A stretch of DNA of 64,000 nucleotides, taken from the NCBI GenBank assembly GCA_944332315.1, contig CALVJT010000021.1, positions 73,568 through 137,567 of the forward strand, written 5' to 3'. Positions 1 to 8,246 of this stretch are shown here, in pieces. How positions within the stretch are numbered: position 1 is the stretch's first letter; every line of letters begins with the position of its first letter. Both the position numbers and the translations under genes were made by a program. The notes beneath the pieces were generated by a model that was not told where the DNA came from, did not search any database, and was given only the letters and a program-made list of their open reading frames with translations. Source of the stretch: an uncultured Clostridia bacterium (lineage in GTDB: Bacteria > Bacillota > Clostridia > Christensenellales > UBA1242).

Positions 1-1107
1 ACTGTTAGGGTGCGCAACTATGTAATTTTAAGCAAGGCTTTAAGACCTTTGCCAGAAAAATGGCATGGTTTGACAGATGCCGATAAAAAATTTAGACAGA
101 GATACTTGGATGTTATTGCAAACGAGGATTCTAGAAATGCACTAAAAACAAGAATCAAAGCTATTAGATATATTCGAAAATATTTGGACGAAAATCAGTT
201 TACCGAAGTCGAAACACCTATTTTGCAAAATGTGGCAAGCGGAGCTGCGGCAGCGCCTTTTATGACGCATCACAACGCATTGGATAAAGATTACTATTTA
301 AGAATAGCGCCCGAGTTGTTTTTGAAGCAAGTTATAGAGTGTGGTTTTGATAGAGTGTATGAATTGGGCAAAAACTTTAGAAATGAGGGAATGGATGCAA
401 TGCACCTACAAGAATTTACTATGCTTGAGTGGTACGCTTCCTACTGGGATTATAAAGATAATCTAGAGTTTGTTAAAAAGATGATTCAAGGCTTGGTGCT
501 TGAAACTAGAGGGGACCTTAAGTTTACTTATTTAGAAAATGAACTTGATTTTTCAAAATTCTATGAGCTTGATTATACAAACAGTTTAAGTGCCGAAATT
601 GGATATGATATTCTATCCATAAAAAATGTGGATGATTTTAAGAATCATTTGTTAAGCCTCAATAGATTTGATGCTGGCGAAGTGCGCGCTTTAACATCAA
701 TTCCAACTGCGGTAGATTTTGCTTTCAAAAGGACAATAAGGCCAACCTTAATACAACCGACAGTTATTTATAATTATCCAACTTTCTTAATACCACTTGC
801 TCGCCACAATGATAAGGATGATAGAATTATTGATATGTTCCAAATTGCTGTGAATGGGGCGGAAATTGTAAAGGCGTATTCAGAGCTTGTAAATCCTATC
901 ACTCAAAGGCAAGCTTTTGAGGAGCAAGCTAAAAATAAGAGCGCAGGGGATGAGGAAAGCTTTGAAATAGATGAAAACTTTATTTTGGCTATGGAGCATG
1001 GTATGCCTCCTATGAGTGGGTTAGGATTTGGCATTGATAGGTTTGTTGCTATTTTGGCAAATCAGCCTACTTTAAGAGATATAGTATTTTTCCCTCAAAT
1101 GAAATAG
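1..1107 (+). CDS. lysS: Lysyl-tRNA synthetase, class II (C-terminal catalytic part; 5' end lies outside the window)
   Basis: Frame 1 is open from base 1. Class II aaRS core segments are present (ELGKNFRNEG, GLGFGIDRF), along with the LysRS-like PFMTHHNALD. A hairpin plus T-run follows. Confidence 0.9.
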   Translation, partial: TVRVRNYVILSKALRPLPEKWHGLTDADKKFRQRYLDVIANEDSRNALKTRIKAIRYIRKYLDENQFTEVETPILQNVASGAAAAPFMTHHNALDKDYYLRIAPELFLKQVIECGFDRVYELGKNFRNEGMDAMHLQEFTMLEWYASYWDYKDNLEFVKKMIQGLVLETRGDLKFTYLENELDFSKFYELDYTNSLSAEIGYDILSIKNVDDFKNHLLSLNRFDAGEVRALTSIPTAVDFAFKRTIRPTLIQPTVIYNYPTFLIPLARHNDKDDRIIDMFQIAVNGAEIVKAYSELVNPITQRQAFEEQAKNKSAGDEESFEIDENFILAMEHGMPPMSGLGFGIDRFVAILANQPTLRDIVFFPQMK

Positions 1108-1166
1108 CATTAAAAAATTGCTTGTTTTTATAAATACGTTGTATATTTATTTTGTGCTATAAAAAC

Positions 1167-1210
1167 AAAAACACGGAAATAAGTTTTGCTTTAGATTTTC
1201 CGTGTTTTTT
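1167..1210 (+). terminator. Rho-independent terminator after lysS
   Basis: AAAACACGGAAA (1167-1178) pairs with TTTCCGTGTTTT (1197-1208), followed by a T-run. Confidence 0.6.
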
Positions 1211-1254
1211 GTATTCAAAGATAAAACATTTTTGGCTCTATAATATTTGTGTGT

Positions 1255-1425
1255 GTGGGGGGGATAAAATTTAGCAGAAGGAGCCTAAAAAAAATTCTAA
1301 ATTTATAACTAATACCAACATTAATCATAAAGAACCACATTTTTTGTTCTTAATTCTCAATGGTGCATAGTGAATTCTAGTTTTAAGCTTTGCAAAGTTC
1401 TTTCTACTAAATATTTTATCCCCAC
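1255..1425. repeat. Roughly 170-bp non-coding segment bounded by imperfect ~22-bp inverted repeats
   Basis: Left arm GTGGGGGGGATAAAATTTAGCAG (1255-1277) matches the reverse complement of the right arm, GTGGGGATAAAATATTTAGTAG (1404-1425). No ORF lies inside. Confidence 0.35.
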
Positions 1426-1476
1426 GAAAATTATAAAACATTTAACCAGTTTTTTATAAAAATAAATACTAGCTAT

Positions 1477-2805
1477 CTAAATATCGATATTGCCTATATC
1501 TCCAGCACCGACTAATAGTATTATATTGTGTTGTATGGAGTTTTCATTAAGCAACTGTTTTACTTCCTTAATATCTTGTATATAATGTACTTCTTTTTTA
1601 TATTTTTTTAGTTCATTGTACAAATCTTTGCTGTCTCCGCCTTCAATTGGAAATTCGCGGGCAGGGTATGTGGGCAATAAGTATAATTTATCGCAACTAT
1701 CAAAGCTGGTTAAAAATTCATTAAATAAACCTTTGGTTCTAGAATATGTATGTGGTTGGAAAAAGCAAATTATTTTATCATATTTCAAATGTTTTACATT
1801 ATTTAGTAAGTTTTTTATTTCGGTGGGATGATGAGCGTAATCTCTATAGATATCCGAATTATTTAATTTTTTTATAAATTCAAACCTTCTATCTACATTC
1901 TTAAAATTATATAAAGATTGCTTAATTGTTTGTATTGGTATTCCTAGGTAATGAGATACCGAAACGCTTGCTAGAGCATTTACGGCATTGTACTTGCCTG
2001 CTATGTTGAGTTTTATAGTTCCGATGTATTCACCACAATGTAGTATGTCAAAAGTATATTTGTTTTTGTTTTGCCTTAAGTTTGTGGCGCAGTAATCGGC
2101 TTTACTTGATAGCCCATACGAAATTACCTTATCATTATTTTTTATTAATTTATAAAATGGGTCATTGTAGTTTATAAAAACCGCGTTTTGAGTTTGCTCC
2201 ACAAATTTATAGAATGCATCATACATATTCGTGATATCTTTATAGCAATCGGTGTGGTCGAGCTCCACATTGTTTATAATAGAATATTGGGGGTGGAGTG
2301 CCAAAAAACTGCGTCTATATTCGCAAGCCTCTGTGATAAAATACTTCTTTTTGCCATATAAAAAATTGCCTTTTATATAATCAAAATCTCCTCCTATATG
2401 TACGGTGGGGGATAAATTTGCATCAATAAAAATTTGCGCCAGCATTGCAGTTGTAGTAGTTTTACCATGTGTTCCAGCAACAGCTATTGTGTTAGTAAAA
2501 TCTTTGGCAATTATTCCCAACAGTTCACTTCTTTCTAAAGTAGGAATACTATGGTTAAGTGCGTATGCAAGCTCAACATTACTTTTATCAATGGCTCCAG
2601 AATACACGCATACGTCTACATTTTGTAGGTTGACTGCGTTGTGCCCTACAAAAGTATTTATGCCTAAATTATTCAATTTTATCGTTTCGTTGTTTTGGGC
2701 GATATCACTGCCTTGTACACTATAGCCTTGCAGGTGTAGATAGGTAGCTAGCGCACTCATACTTATACCACCAATGCCTATAAAATGTATTTTTTTATTT
2801 TTCAT
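1477..2805 (-). CDS. murC: UDP-N-acetylmuramate--L-alanine ligase
   Basis: N-terminal GIGGISMSALA, P-loop AGTHGKTTTTAM, and the MurC-type DYAHHPTE signature. 442 aa. Confidence 0.92.
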   Translation of the reverse strand: MKNKKIHFIGIGGISMSALATYLHLQGYSVQGSDIAQNNETIKLNNLGINTFVGHNAVNLQNVDVCVYSGAIDKSNVELAYALNHSIPTLERSELLGIIAKDFTNTIAVAGTHGKTTTTAMLAQIFIDANLSPTVHIGGDFDYIKGNFLYGKKKYFITEACEYRRSFLALHPQYSIINNVELDHTDCYKDITNMYDAFYKFVEQTQNAVFINYNDPFYKLIKNNDKVISYGLSSKADYCATNLRQNKNKYTFDILHCGEYIGTIKLNIAGKYNAVNALASVSVSHYLGIPIQTIKQSLYNFKNVDRRFEFIKKLNNSDIYRDYAHHPTEIKNLLNNVKHLKYDKIICFFQPHTYSRTKGLFNEFLTSFDSCDKLYLLPTYPAREFPIEGGDSKDLYNELKKYKKEVHYIQDIKEVKQLLNENSIQHNIILLVGAGDIGNIDI

Positions 2806-2812
2806 AAAAATA

Positions 2813-2841
2813 ATTTATGTGCCATATTGTTTTTTTGTTAA
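2813..2841 (-). promoter_or_regulatory. Putative murC promoter (TTAACA-17-ATAAAT); the ATG lies 7 nt after the -10
   Basis: On the minus strand: TTAACA (2836-2841), a 17-nt spacer, ATAAAT (2813-2818), then 7 nt to ATG 2805. No SD is present. Confidence 0.3.
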
Positions 2842-2965
2842 GTTAGTATAGTTTGGTAATTTATGGATATAATAACTTTGAAGGCAACATTATTCTGATT
2901 TTTTTATTAAAATCGTAAAATAATTTTCAAAAATAATGTCAAAATAATTGTATTTTTCGACAATT

Positions 2966-3004
2966 TATAGTATTATATGTAAGACTCTCATACTAAATAT
3001 AAGG
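2966..3004. repeat. Possible degenerate copy of the AATACAC/GTGTATT palindrome family upstream of spoVG
   Basis: TATAGTATTATA (2966-2977) looks like a half-site with a 2-nt deletion. ATACTAAATAT (2990-3000) is identical to the spacer-containing 11-mer at 43681-43691. Confidence 0.25.
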
Positions 3005-3013
3005 ATGGTTGAA

Positions 3014-3298
3014 ATGAATATTACGGAAGTCAGAGTGAAAATTGTTGACCGACCTAATCAGCCTTTGAGGGCTAGAGCGACATTCACAATTGACGACTCC
3101 TTTGTTATTCACGATGCTAAAGTTATGGATGGCAAAGGGGGATTATTCATTTGCATGCCAAGCAAGAGGTTGAGTACAGGCGAAAGAGTAGATATAGCGC
3201 ATGCCTTGAATAATGAGACAAGAGATAAGATTACAAGTGCAATATTTGATGCTTACGAAAAAGCTCTTGCAGAGTCTAAAAATAATGAAGCCAATTAG
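3014..3298 (+). CDS. spoVG: Septation protein SpoVG
   Basis: MNITEVRVKIV...ARATFTIDDSFVIHDAKVMDG..GLFICMPS is a typical SpoVG fold sequence. SD AAGGA lies at 3001-3005. The ORF-track start at 2948 is probably an upstream extension. Confidence 0.9.
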   Translation: MNITEVRVKIVDRPNQPLRARATFTIDDSFVIHDAKVMDGKGGLFICMPSKRLSTGERVDIAHALNNETRDKITSAIFDAYEKALAESKNNEAN

Positions 3299-3341
3299 GT
3301 TAAAACAATTTATCTTTAATGGTTAAAATAAAAAGTTAATG

Positions 3342-4124
3342 TTATGCATTAACTTTTTTTATATTAAATATAAAGCAAAGTAGTGCAGATATAAACATTA
3401 ATCCCGAAAAGATTAAATAGTATATACGCAATGGCACAAAGTAGCTAGAAAAGAGCAAAATTATACCGCAAAAAAAGTATGTTTTTGCTTTTGTTCTATT
3501 AAAAGCGTATTTCTTAAATTTTTGTAAATTAAATTTTTCTTTTGGCAATTTTTCTACTACAAAATTAGGGTAGGCGTTTTGGGGCACGATATAGTTTATA
3601 TAAAGGTCATTTATATTAATTAAAGTGTATTCAATTTTCTTAAAATTTTTTATAAGATATGCGCATTCGTCAGAAAAATTGTTGCACAGTATAATGACTT
3701 TAGTGATATGTCTATTTTTATTTTCTCTATAAATTTTTTTTAGGTCTTGTACTTCTAATACATCTTTATCAAAAAAAATCTTAAGTACTGTTTTTTTGTC
3801 ATTAATGGTTAATTCTTTTTTGTAATTAATATTAGCATTAAATAGATTTTTGAAAAAGTTACTAATTTCTGTTTGGCTTGCATACGAAAACTGTTCTTTT
3901 AATTTATCAATTTCTTTTAGTTGTGATAGCTTTAATTGCTTTTTTGAATATCGTTTTGTCTTTAGATAATAAAACAAAATACCTAATATAATCGTTGTTA
4001 TAGATGAAAGCACAAGGCAAAGGACAAACGATATGTACATTGCTCTATAAAATACAAGCGAGATAAAAAATATTATTATCAACTTAAAAATTTCATCTAT
4101 AAAAAATGCTAATTTATTTTCCAT
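3342..4124 (-). CDS. Hypothetical membrane protein (2 N-terminal and 2 C-terminal predicted TM helices around a soluble domain)
   Basis: Long ORF. SD AGGTGA lies upstream of ATG 4124 (MENKLAFF...). Hydrophobic segments sit at both ends. No family recognised. Confidence 0.5.
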   Translation of the reverse strand: MENKLAFFIDEIFKLIIIFFISLVFYRAMYISFVLCLVLSSITTIILGILFYYLKTKRYSKKQLKLSQLKEIDKLKEQFSYASQTEISNFFKNLFNANINYKKELTINDKKTVLKIFFDKDVLEVQDLKKIYRENKNRHITKVIILCNNFSDECAYLIKNFKKIEYTLININDLYINYIVPQNAYPNFVVEKLPKEKFNLQKFKKYAFNRTKAKTYFFCGIILLFSSYFVPLRIYYLIFSGLMFISALLCFIFNIKKVNA

Positions 4125-4168
4125 TTTTTCACCTAATAATATTGTTGACAAGTTTATGATATTTATAA

Positions 4169-4198
4169 TTGACAAACTAAATAAAAATTTGTTATCAT
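4169..4198 (+). promoter_or_regulatory. Putative tsaE promoter with extended -10; predicts a leaderless mRNA
   Basis: TTGACA (4169-4174), 18-nt spacer, TGtTATCAT (-10 at 4193-4198), then 6 nt to ATG 4205. No SD is present. Confidence 0.45.
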
Positions 4199-4204
4199 TT
4201 ATTT

Positions 4205-4630
4205 ATGGAAACTTATATATCAAATAGCGTGGAACAAACAAAGGAAATTGCTTTTAATATTGCTAAAAAAACACCTGTTGGAACAGTTATAGAATTAGTG
4301 GGGGAAATGGGTGCTGGCAAAACAGCTTTTGCCCAAGGGTTTGCAAAAGGCTTAGGAATAAGTCAGCAAATAACTAGCCCTACATTTGCTTTGCTAAATA
4401 CCTACGAAAATGAACTCGGGCAAAAACTATTTCATTTTGACCTTTATAGGCTTGAAAGCATAGAGGAGCTTTATTTGCTAGGTTTCGAGGAAATTTTTAA
4501 TGATAAAACTGCTATAGTTTTGGTTGAATGGCCTCAAATTGCTCTAGAACTAATGCCAAAACATAGAACTAAAATAGAAATTATCAAAACAAATGAAACA
4601 ACAAGAGAAATAAGGATAGAAAACTTATGA
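4205..4630 (+). CDS. tsaE: tRNA t6A37 biosynthesis ATPase TsaE (YjeE)
   Basis: P-loop GEMGAGKT. About 140 aa. Overlaps the following tsaB by 4 nt. Confidence 0.85.
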   Translation: METYISNSVEQTKEIAFNIAKKTPVGTVIELVGEMGAGKTAFAQGFAKGLGISQQITSPTFALLNTYENELGQKLFHFDLYRLESIEELYLLGFEEIFNDKTAIVLVEWPQIALELMPKHRTKIEIIKTNETTREIRIENL

Positions 4631-5247
4631 ATATTTTATGTATAAATACTTGCCTTAAGCACAGTTATGTTGCTGTATTGACAAAAGATGCAACCTTTGA
4701 AAATATAGATGAAACAAACGAACAACATTCCAAAACTATTATGTTGCAAATAGATAGAATGCTTGGTGCCACAAATTTAGATATAAAAGATATAAATTTA
4801 TTAGCGGTTTGTGTGGGGACAGGTAGTTTTACTGGAATTAGGATAGGGTTATCTGTTGCAAAGGGTTTGGCTCACGCGTTAGGTTTAGAAGTTATACCTA
4901 TTGACACATTAAATCTTATTGCATACAATACTTTAGAAAAATGTCAGTATGTTTTGATGAAGGGCATTGCGGATGAGTTTTTTGTTGGGGATATAGTTAA
5001 CGGGCAAGCCGTCAACCAAAGGTTAATGCACAAAGATGAGCTTATTGATTTGCTAAAAAATTCAGATACGATATGCACTATTGATGATGAATGTGTTTAT
5101 TGCGATTTTGCTTGTAAAGTAATCAAAGTAAAAAATATAAGTATGTGTGATTTAGTAAAAAGCAATTTAGATAAATCAGTAGTTCCACAAGATTTGAAGC
5201 CTTTGTATTTAAGGTTATCACAAGCGGAGATGCAAAAGCACAATTAG
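4627..5247 (+). CDS. tsaB: tRNA t6A37 biosynthesis protein TsaB (YeaZ)
   Basis: GTGSFTGIRIG motif of the YeaZ/Kae1 fold. Translationally coupled to tsaE. Confidence 0.8.
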   Translation: MNILCINTCLKHSYVAVLTKDATFENIDETNEQHSKTIMLQIDRMLGATNLDIKDINLLAVCVGTGSFTGIRIGLSVAKGLAHALGLEVIPIDTLNLIAYNTLEKCQYVLMKGIADEFFVGDIVNGQAVNQRLMHKDELIDLLKNSDTICTIDDECVYCDFACKVIKVKNISMCDLVKSNLDKSVVPQDLKPLYLRLSQAEMQKHN

Positions 5248-5282
5248 AGGAATAGTAAAGTCACTATAAGATAAGTAAAATT

Positions 5283-6035
5283 GTGAGGTGTATAGTGATT
5301 TTTGAGTTTAATTCCAATAAATTATTTTATGATTTTACCGATAGAGGTCATAGCGTTGCAGTAGTTTTGTTACATGGATGGGGTGGCAATCATAAAAGCT
5401 TGTATCCAATTCTGCCAGCTTTTGATAATTATAACATATTATCAATAGATTTCTGGGGCTTTGGTTTAAGTGATAAGCCAAAAGCGAATTTTGATATATA
5501 TTCGTATTCTAATGTTATATATGCGCTTATAAAGCATTTAAGTATTCCAAAGATAATTCTAGTTGGGCATTCCTTTGGAGGACGCATTTCTATAATACTG
5601 GGCGCCGAATACCCAGAGTTAGTTGAAAAAATTGTGCTTATTGATAGCGCTGGCATAAAACCTAAAATGACAGCTAAAAAATTTGCAAAAAAAATGCATT
5701 ATAAGCTTATAAAATACTTGGTTAAAAAAAGTATAAAATCGACTAACGCATTATCAAAATTTGCTTCGACTGATTATAAAAATTTGACTAGAGATGAACA
5801 AATAGTCTTTAATAAAATTATAAATAAAGATTTATCAAACTATCTTGAATTTATAAAAGCGCCTACATTGTTAATTTGGGGTGAGCTAGATAAAGATACC
5901 CCACTTTATATGGCAAAAAAAATTAATAAAAAAATTCCCAATTCTAAATTGTATATAATAAAGAATGCCTCACATTTTGCATATTTGCAGGAAAAAAATA
6001 TTACTATTAAATTAATAAAGGACTTTATAAAATGA
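5283..6035 (+). CDS. Alpha/beta-fold hydrolase
   Basis: HGWGG oxyanion motif and GHSFGG nucleophile elbow. The start may instead be GTG 5295, preceded by GAGGTG. Confidence 0.8.
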   Translation: MRCIVIFEFNSNKLFYDFTDRGHSVAVVLLHGWGGNHKSLYPILPAFDNYNILSIDFWGFGLSDKPKANFDIYSYSNVIYALIKHLSIPKIILVGHSFGGRISIILGAEYPELVEKIVLIDSAGIKPKMTAKKFAKKMHYKLIKYLVKKSIKSTNALSKFASTDYKNLTRDEQIVFNKIINKDLSNYLEFIKAPTLLIWGELDKDTPLYMAKKINKKIPNSKLYIIKNASHFAYLQEKNITIKLIKDFIK

Positions 6036-7663
6036 CATTTTTTAGTGTATCTAATATACATATTTATATTGCGGTAGGTTTATCTATAGTAAATGCAATT
6101 TTAATGTGGTTTGTTGCTTACAAATTCTTTCAAATATTGCAACTATCTAATTATCGCACAAAAGAATATTTTACATGGATAAAAGATACAAAAGGGCGCT
6201 ACATATCTAGACTTTTTATGCTTACAATATTAAGTTTAGCGCTAATGAGCGTAACTAATGTGATATTAGATACACAAAATGTCAATGAGTTTTGGTCCTA
6301 TTTAGGGTTAATATTTTACTTTTATTTGACAGGTGTATTTATTTATAATTTATATAATGCACCTAAAAAGACACCACTTAAAATAACTAATAGGATGAAT
6401 AGATTAAAATATGTGTTCTTTTTGGTTTGTGCTGTTATAACATTTTTATTAATATGGCTATTTACTGTTGTGTTCGACCCTATAAGATACGCAGTAATCG
6501 CCTTAACACCTATAATGTTACCTATTATTGTGCCTATAGTAAACTTAATTATGGCACCTATCGAAAAGTTGATATCTCGCAGATATATAGTTCTTGCTAA
6601 AAAGAAATTAAAAAAATACCCCAATCTTATTAAAATAGGTATTACAGGCAGTTTTGGTAAAACAAGTACAAAATTCTTTTTGCAAACAATTCTATCCGAA
6701 AAGTATTCGGTTTTAGCAAGTCCATTTAGCTATAATACTCCAATGGGCATCACAAAGTCTATAATTCAATATCTTGATTTTTCTCACCAAATTTTAATTG
6801 CAGAAATGGGTGCAAGATTTGTTGGGGATATAAAGGAATTGTGCGAGTTAGTTTCTCCTCAATACGGGATTATAACTAGTGTAGGTGAGCAACACCTGCA
6901 AACATTTAAGACTTTGGATAATATAAAAAATACTAAATACGAATTAGTAGAAGGGCTTGCAAAAGGGGGGCTTATAGTATTTAATGGCGAAAATGAGATA
7001 TGTCAAGAATTATACGATAAGACAAACATTGATAAAATGATTACAGGCTTTAATGATAAATTTGATGTGTTTGCAAGCAATATGGTAACTGATAAAAGCG
7101 GAACAAAATTTACTTTGCATATTCAAGGGCAAAGTATTGATTGTAGTACTAAACTTTTGGGCGAACATAATATAGAGGATATTTTAACTGCTGTGGCATT
7201 AGCACACAAGCTAGGATTATCGTTACAAGAAATTGCAAATGGCATATCGCGATTGCAACCTATTGAACATAGACTGCAATTGATTAGTTCTAGTGACAAC
7301 ATTACAATACTAGATGATTCCTATAATGGTAGCATTGAAGGTAGTAAAAAAGCGCTTGACATATTAAAAATGTTTGAGGGCGAAAAAATTGTTGTAACCC
7401 CTGGGCTTGTAGAACTTGGAGTGAAAGAAAAACAGGCAAATATAGAGTTTGGTGAAAGAATAGCACAAGTAGCAGATAAAGTTATAATCGTAAATGTAAC
7501 ACACTCGCTTGATATAAAGCAGGGCTTGTTAAATAAAAATTTTGACGAAAAAAATATTTATCAAATAGATACTTTGAATTCGATTAGTAGCATAATACGA
7601 AAAATGCAACTTAAAAATTGTACCATTTTGTTTTATAATGATTTGCCAGATAATTACTTATAA
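6032..7663 (+). CDS. murF: MurF-type Mur ligase (UDP-MurNAc-tripeptide--D-Ala-D-Ala ligase) with an N-terminal polytopic membrane domain
   Basis: P-loop GITGSFGKTSTK, DDSYNGS (MurF-type DDSYNANP) and GLVELG. The first ~190 aa contain about five hydrophobic helices. Confidence 0.75.
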   Translation: MTFFSVSNIHIYIAVGLSIVNAILMWFVAYKFFQILQLSNYRTKEYFTWIKDTKGRYISRLFMLTILSLALMSVTNVILDTQNVNEFWSYLGLIFYFYLTGVFIYNLYNAPKKTPLKITNRMNRLKYVFFLVCAVITFLLIWLFTVVFDPIRYAVIALTPIMLPIIVPIVNLIMAPIEKLISRRYIVLAKKKLKKYPNLIKIGITGSFGKTSTKFFLQTILSEKYSVLASPFSYNTPMGITKSIIQYLDFSHQILIAEMGARFVGDIKELCELVSPQYGIITSVGEQHLQTFKTLDNIKNTKYELVEGLAKGGLIVFNGENEICQELYDKTNIDKMITGFNDKFDVFASNMVTDKSGTKFTLHIQGQSIDCSTKLLGEHNIEDILTAVALAHKLGLSLQEIANGISRLQPIEHRLQLISSSDNITILDDSYNGSIEGSKKALDILKMFEGEKIVVTPGLVELGVKEKQANIEFGERIAQVADKVIIVNVTHSLDIKQGLLNKNFDEKNIYQIDTLNSISSIIRKMQLKNCTILFYNDLPDNYL

Positions 7664-7666
7664 TGC

Positions 7667-7695
7667 TTGACAAATAAGTTTATTTATGATATTAT
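7667..7695 (+). promoter_or_regulatory. Putative rpsO promoter
   Basis: TTGACA (7667-7672), 17-nt spacer, TGaTATTAT (-10 at 7690-7695). Confidence 0.5.
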
Positions 7696-7702
7696 TGTGT
7701 TA

Positions 7703-7751
7703 CCTTATGCGAAGTTTTGTCGAGTTCTCCGACGCTTTACCTCGCTTAAGG
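7703..7751 (+). promoter_or_regulatory. Structured rpsO 5' leader (candidate S15 autoregulatory element)
   Basis: CCTTATGCGA (7703-7712) pairs with TCGCTTAAGG (7742-7751) with one mismatch. The stem encloses the GTCG/CGAC hairpin (7719-7733) and sits directly upstream of the SD. Confidence 0.3.
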
Positions 7752-7773
7752 CGTATATTCTTTGGAGGAGAAA

Positions 7774-8025
7774 ATGGATAAGAAAGAAATTATTGCAAAG
7801 TTCGGCAAAGATGAAAAAGATACAGGTTCAACATCTGTACAAATTGCTTTGTTGACACAAAGAATCAATCATTTGAACGAACATTTGAAGATGCATCCTA
7901 AAGATAATCACACACGTCGCGGGCTACTAAAATTGGTAGGGCAGAGAAAAGGCTTGTTGAATTATCTTAAGAAAACTGATATTGAAAAATATAGAAGTAT
8001 TGCATCAGAACTAGGAATTAGGTAA
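7774..8025 (+). CDS. rpsO: 30S ribosomal protein S15
   Basis: [39 protein letters not shown]... SD GGAGGAG lies at 7764-7770. The ORF-track TTG start at 7762 sits inside the SD. Confidence 0.95.
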   Translation: MDKKEIIAKFGKDEKDTGSTSVQIALLTQRINHLNEHLKMHPKDNHTRRGLLKLVGQRKGLLNYLKKTDIEKYRSIASELGIR

Positions 8026-8032
8026 ATGTTCA

Positions 8033-8060
8033 AAAAGCCCAAATTTTATTGGGCTTTTTT
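8033..8060 (+). terminator. Rho-independent terminator after rpsO
   Basis: AAAAGCCCAA pairs with TTGGGCTTTT, followed by a T-run. Confidence 0.7.
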
Positions 8061-8170
8061 AATATAATATGGCTATAGCAGGGGCTTGGCGAACAAAAAT
8101 AATTTAGCAAAAAATATATAATGCTAAAATATATTATATAAATTGCATTTAATTGTAAAAACTAAAGATA

Positions 8171-8231
8171 AATACAAAATACATTATATAGTGTATTCTA
8201 TTAATATAATACACTATATTAGGTGTATTAT
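8171..8231. repeat. Compound palindrome locus A (upstream of pnp)
   Basis: Half-sites are AATACAa 8171, AATACAt 8178, GTGTATT 8191, AATACAC 8208 and GTGTATT 8223. The last three are spaced N10 then N8. Confidence 0.85.
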
Positions 8232-8246
8232 GATAAGGAGCATTTT

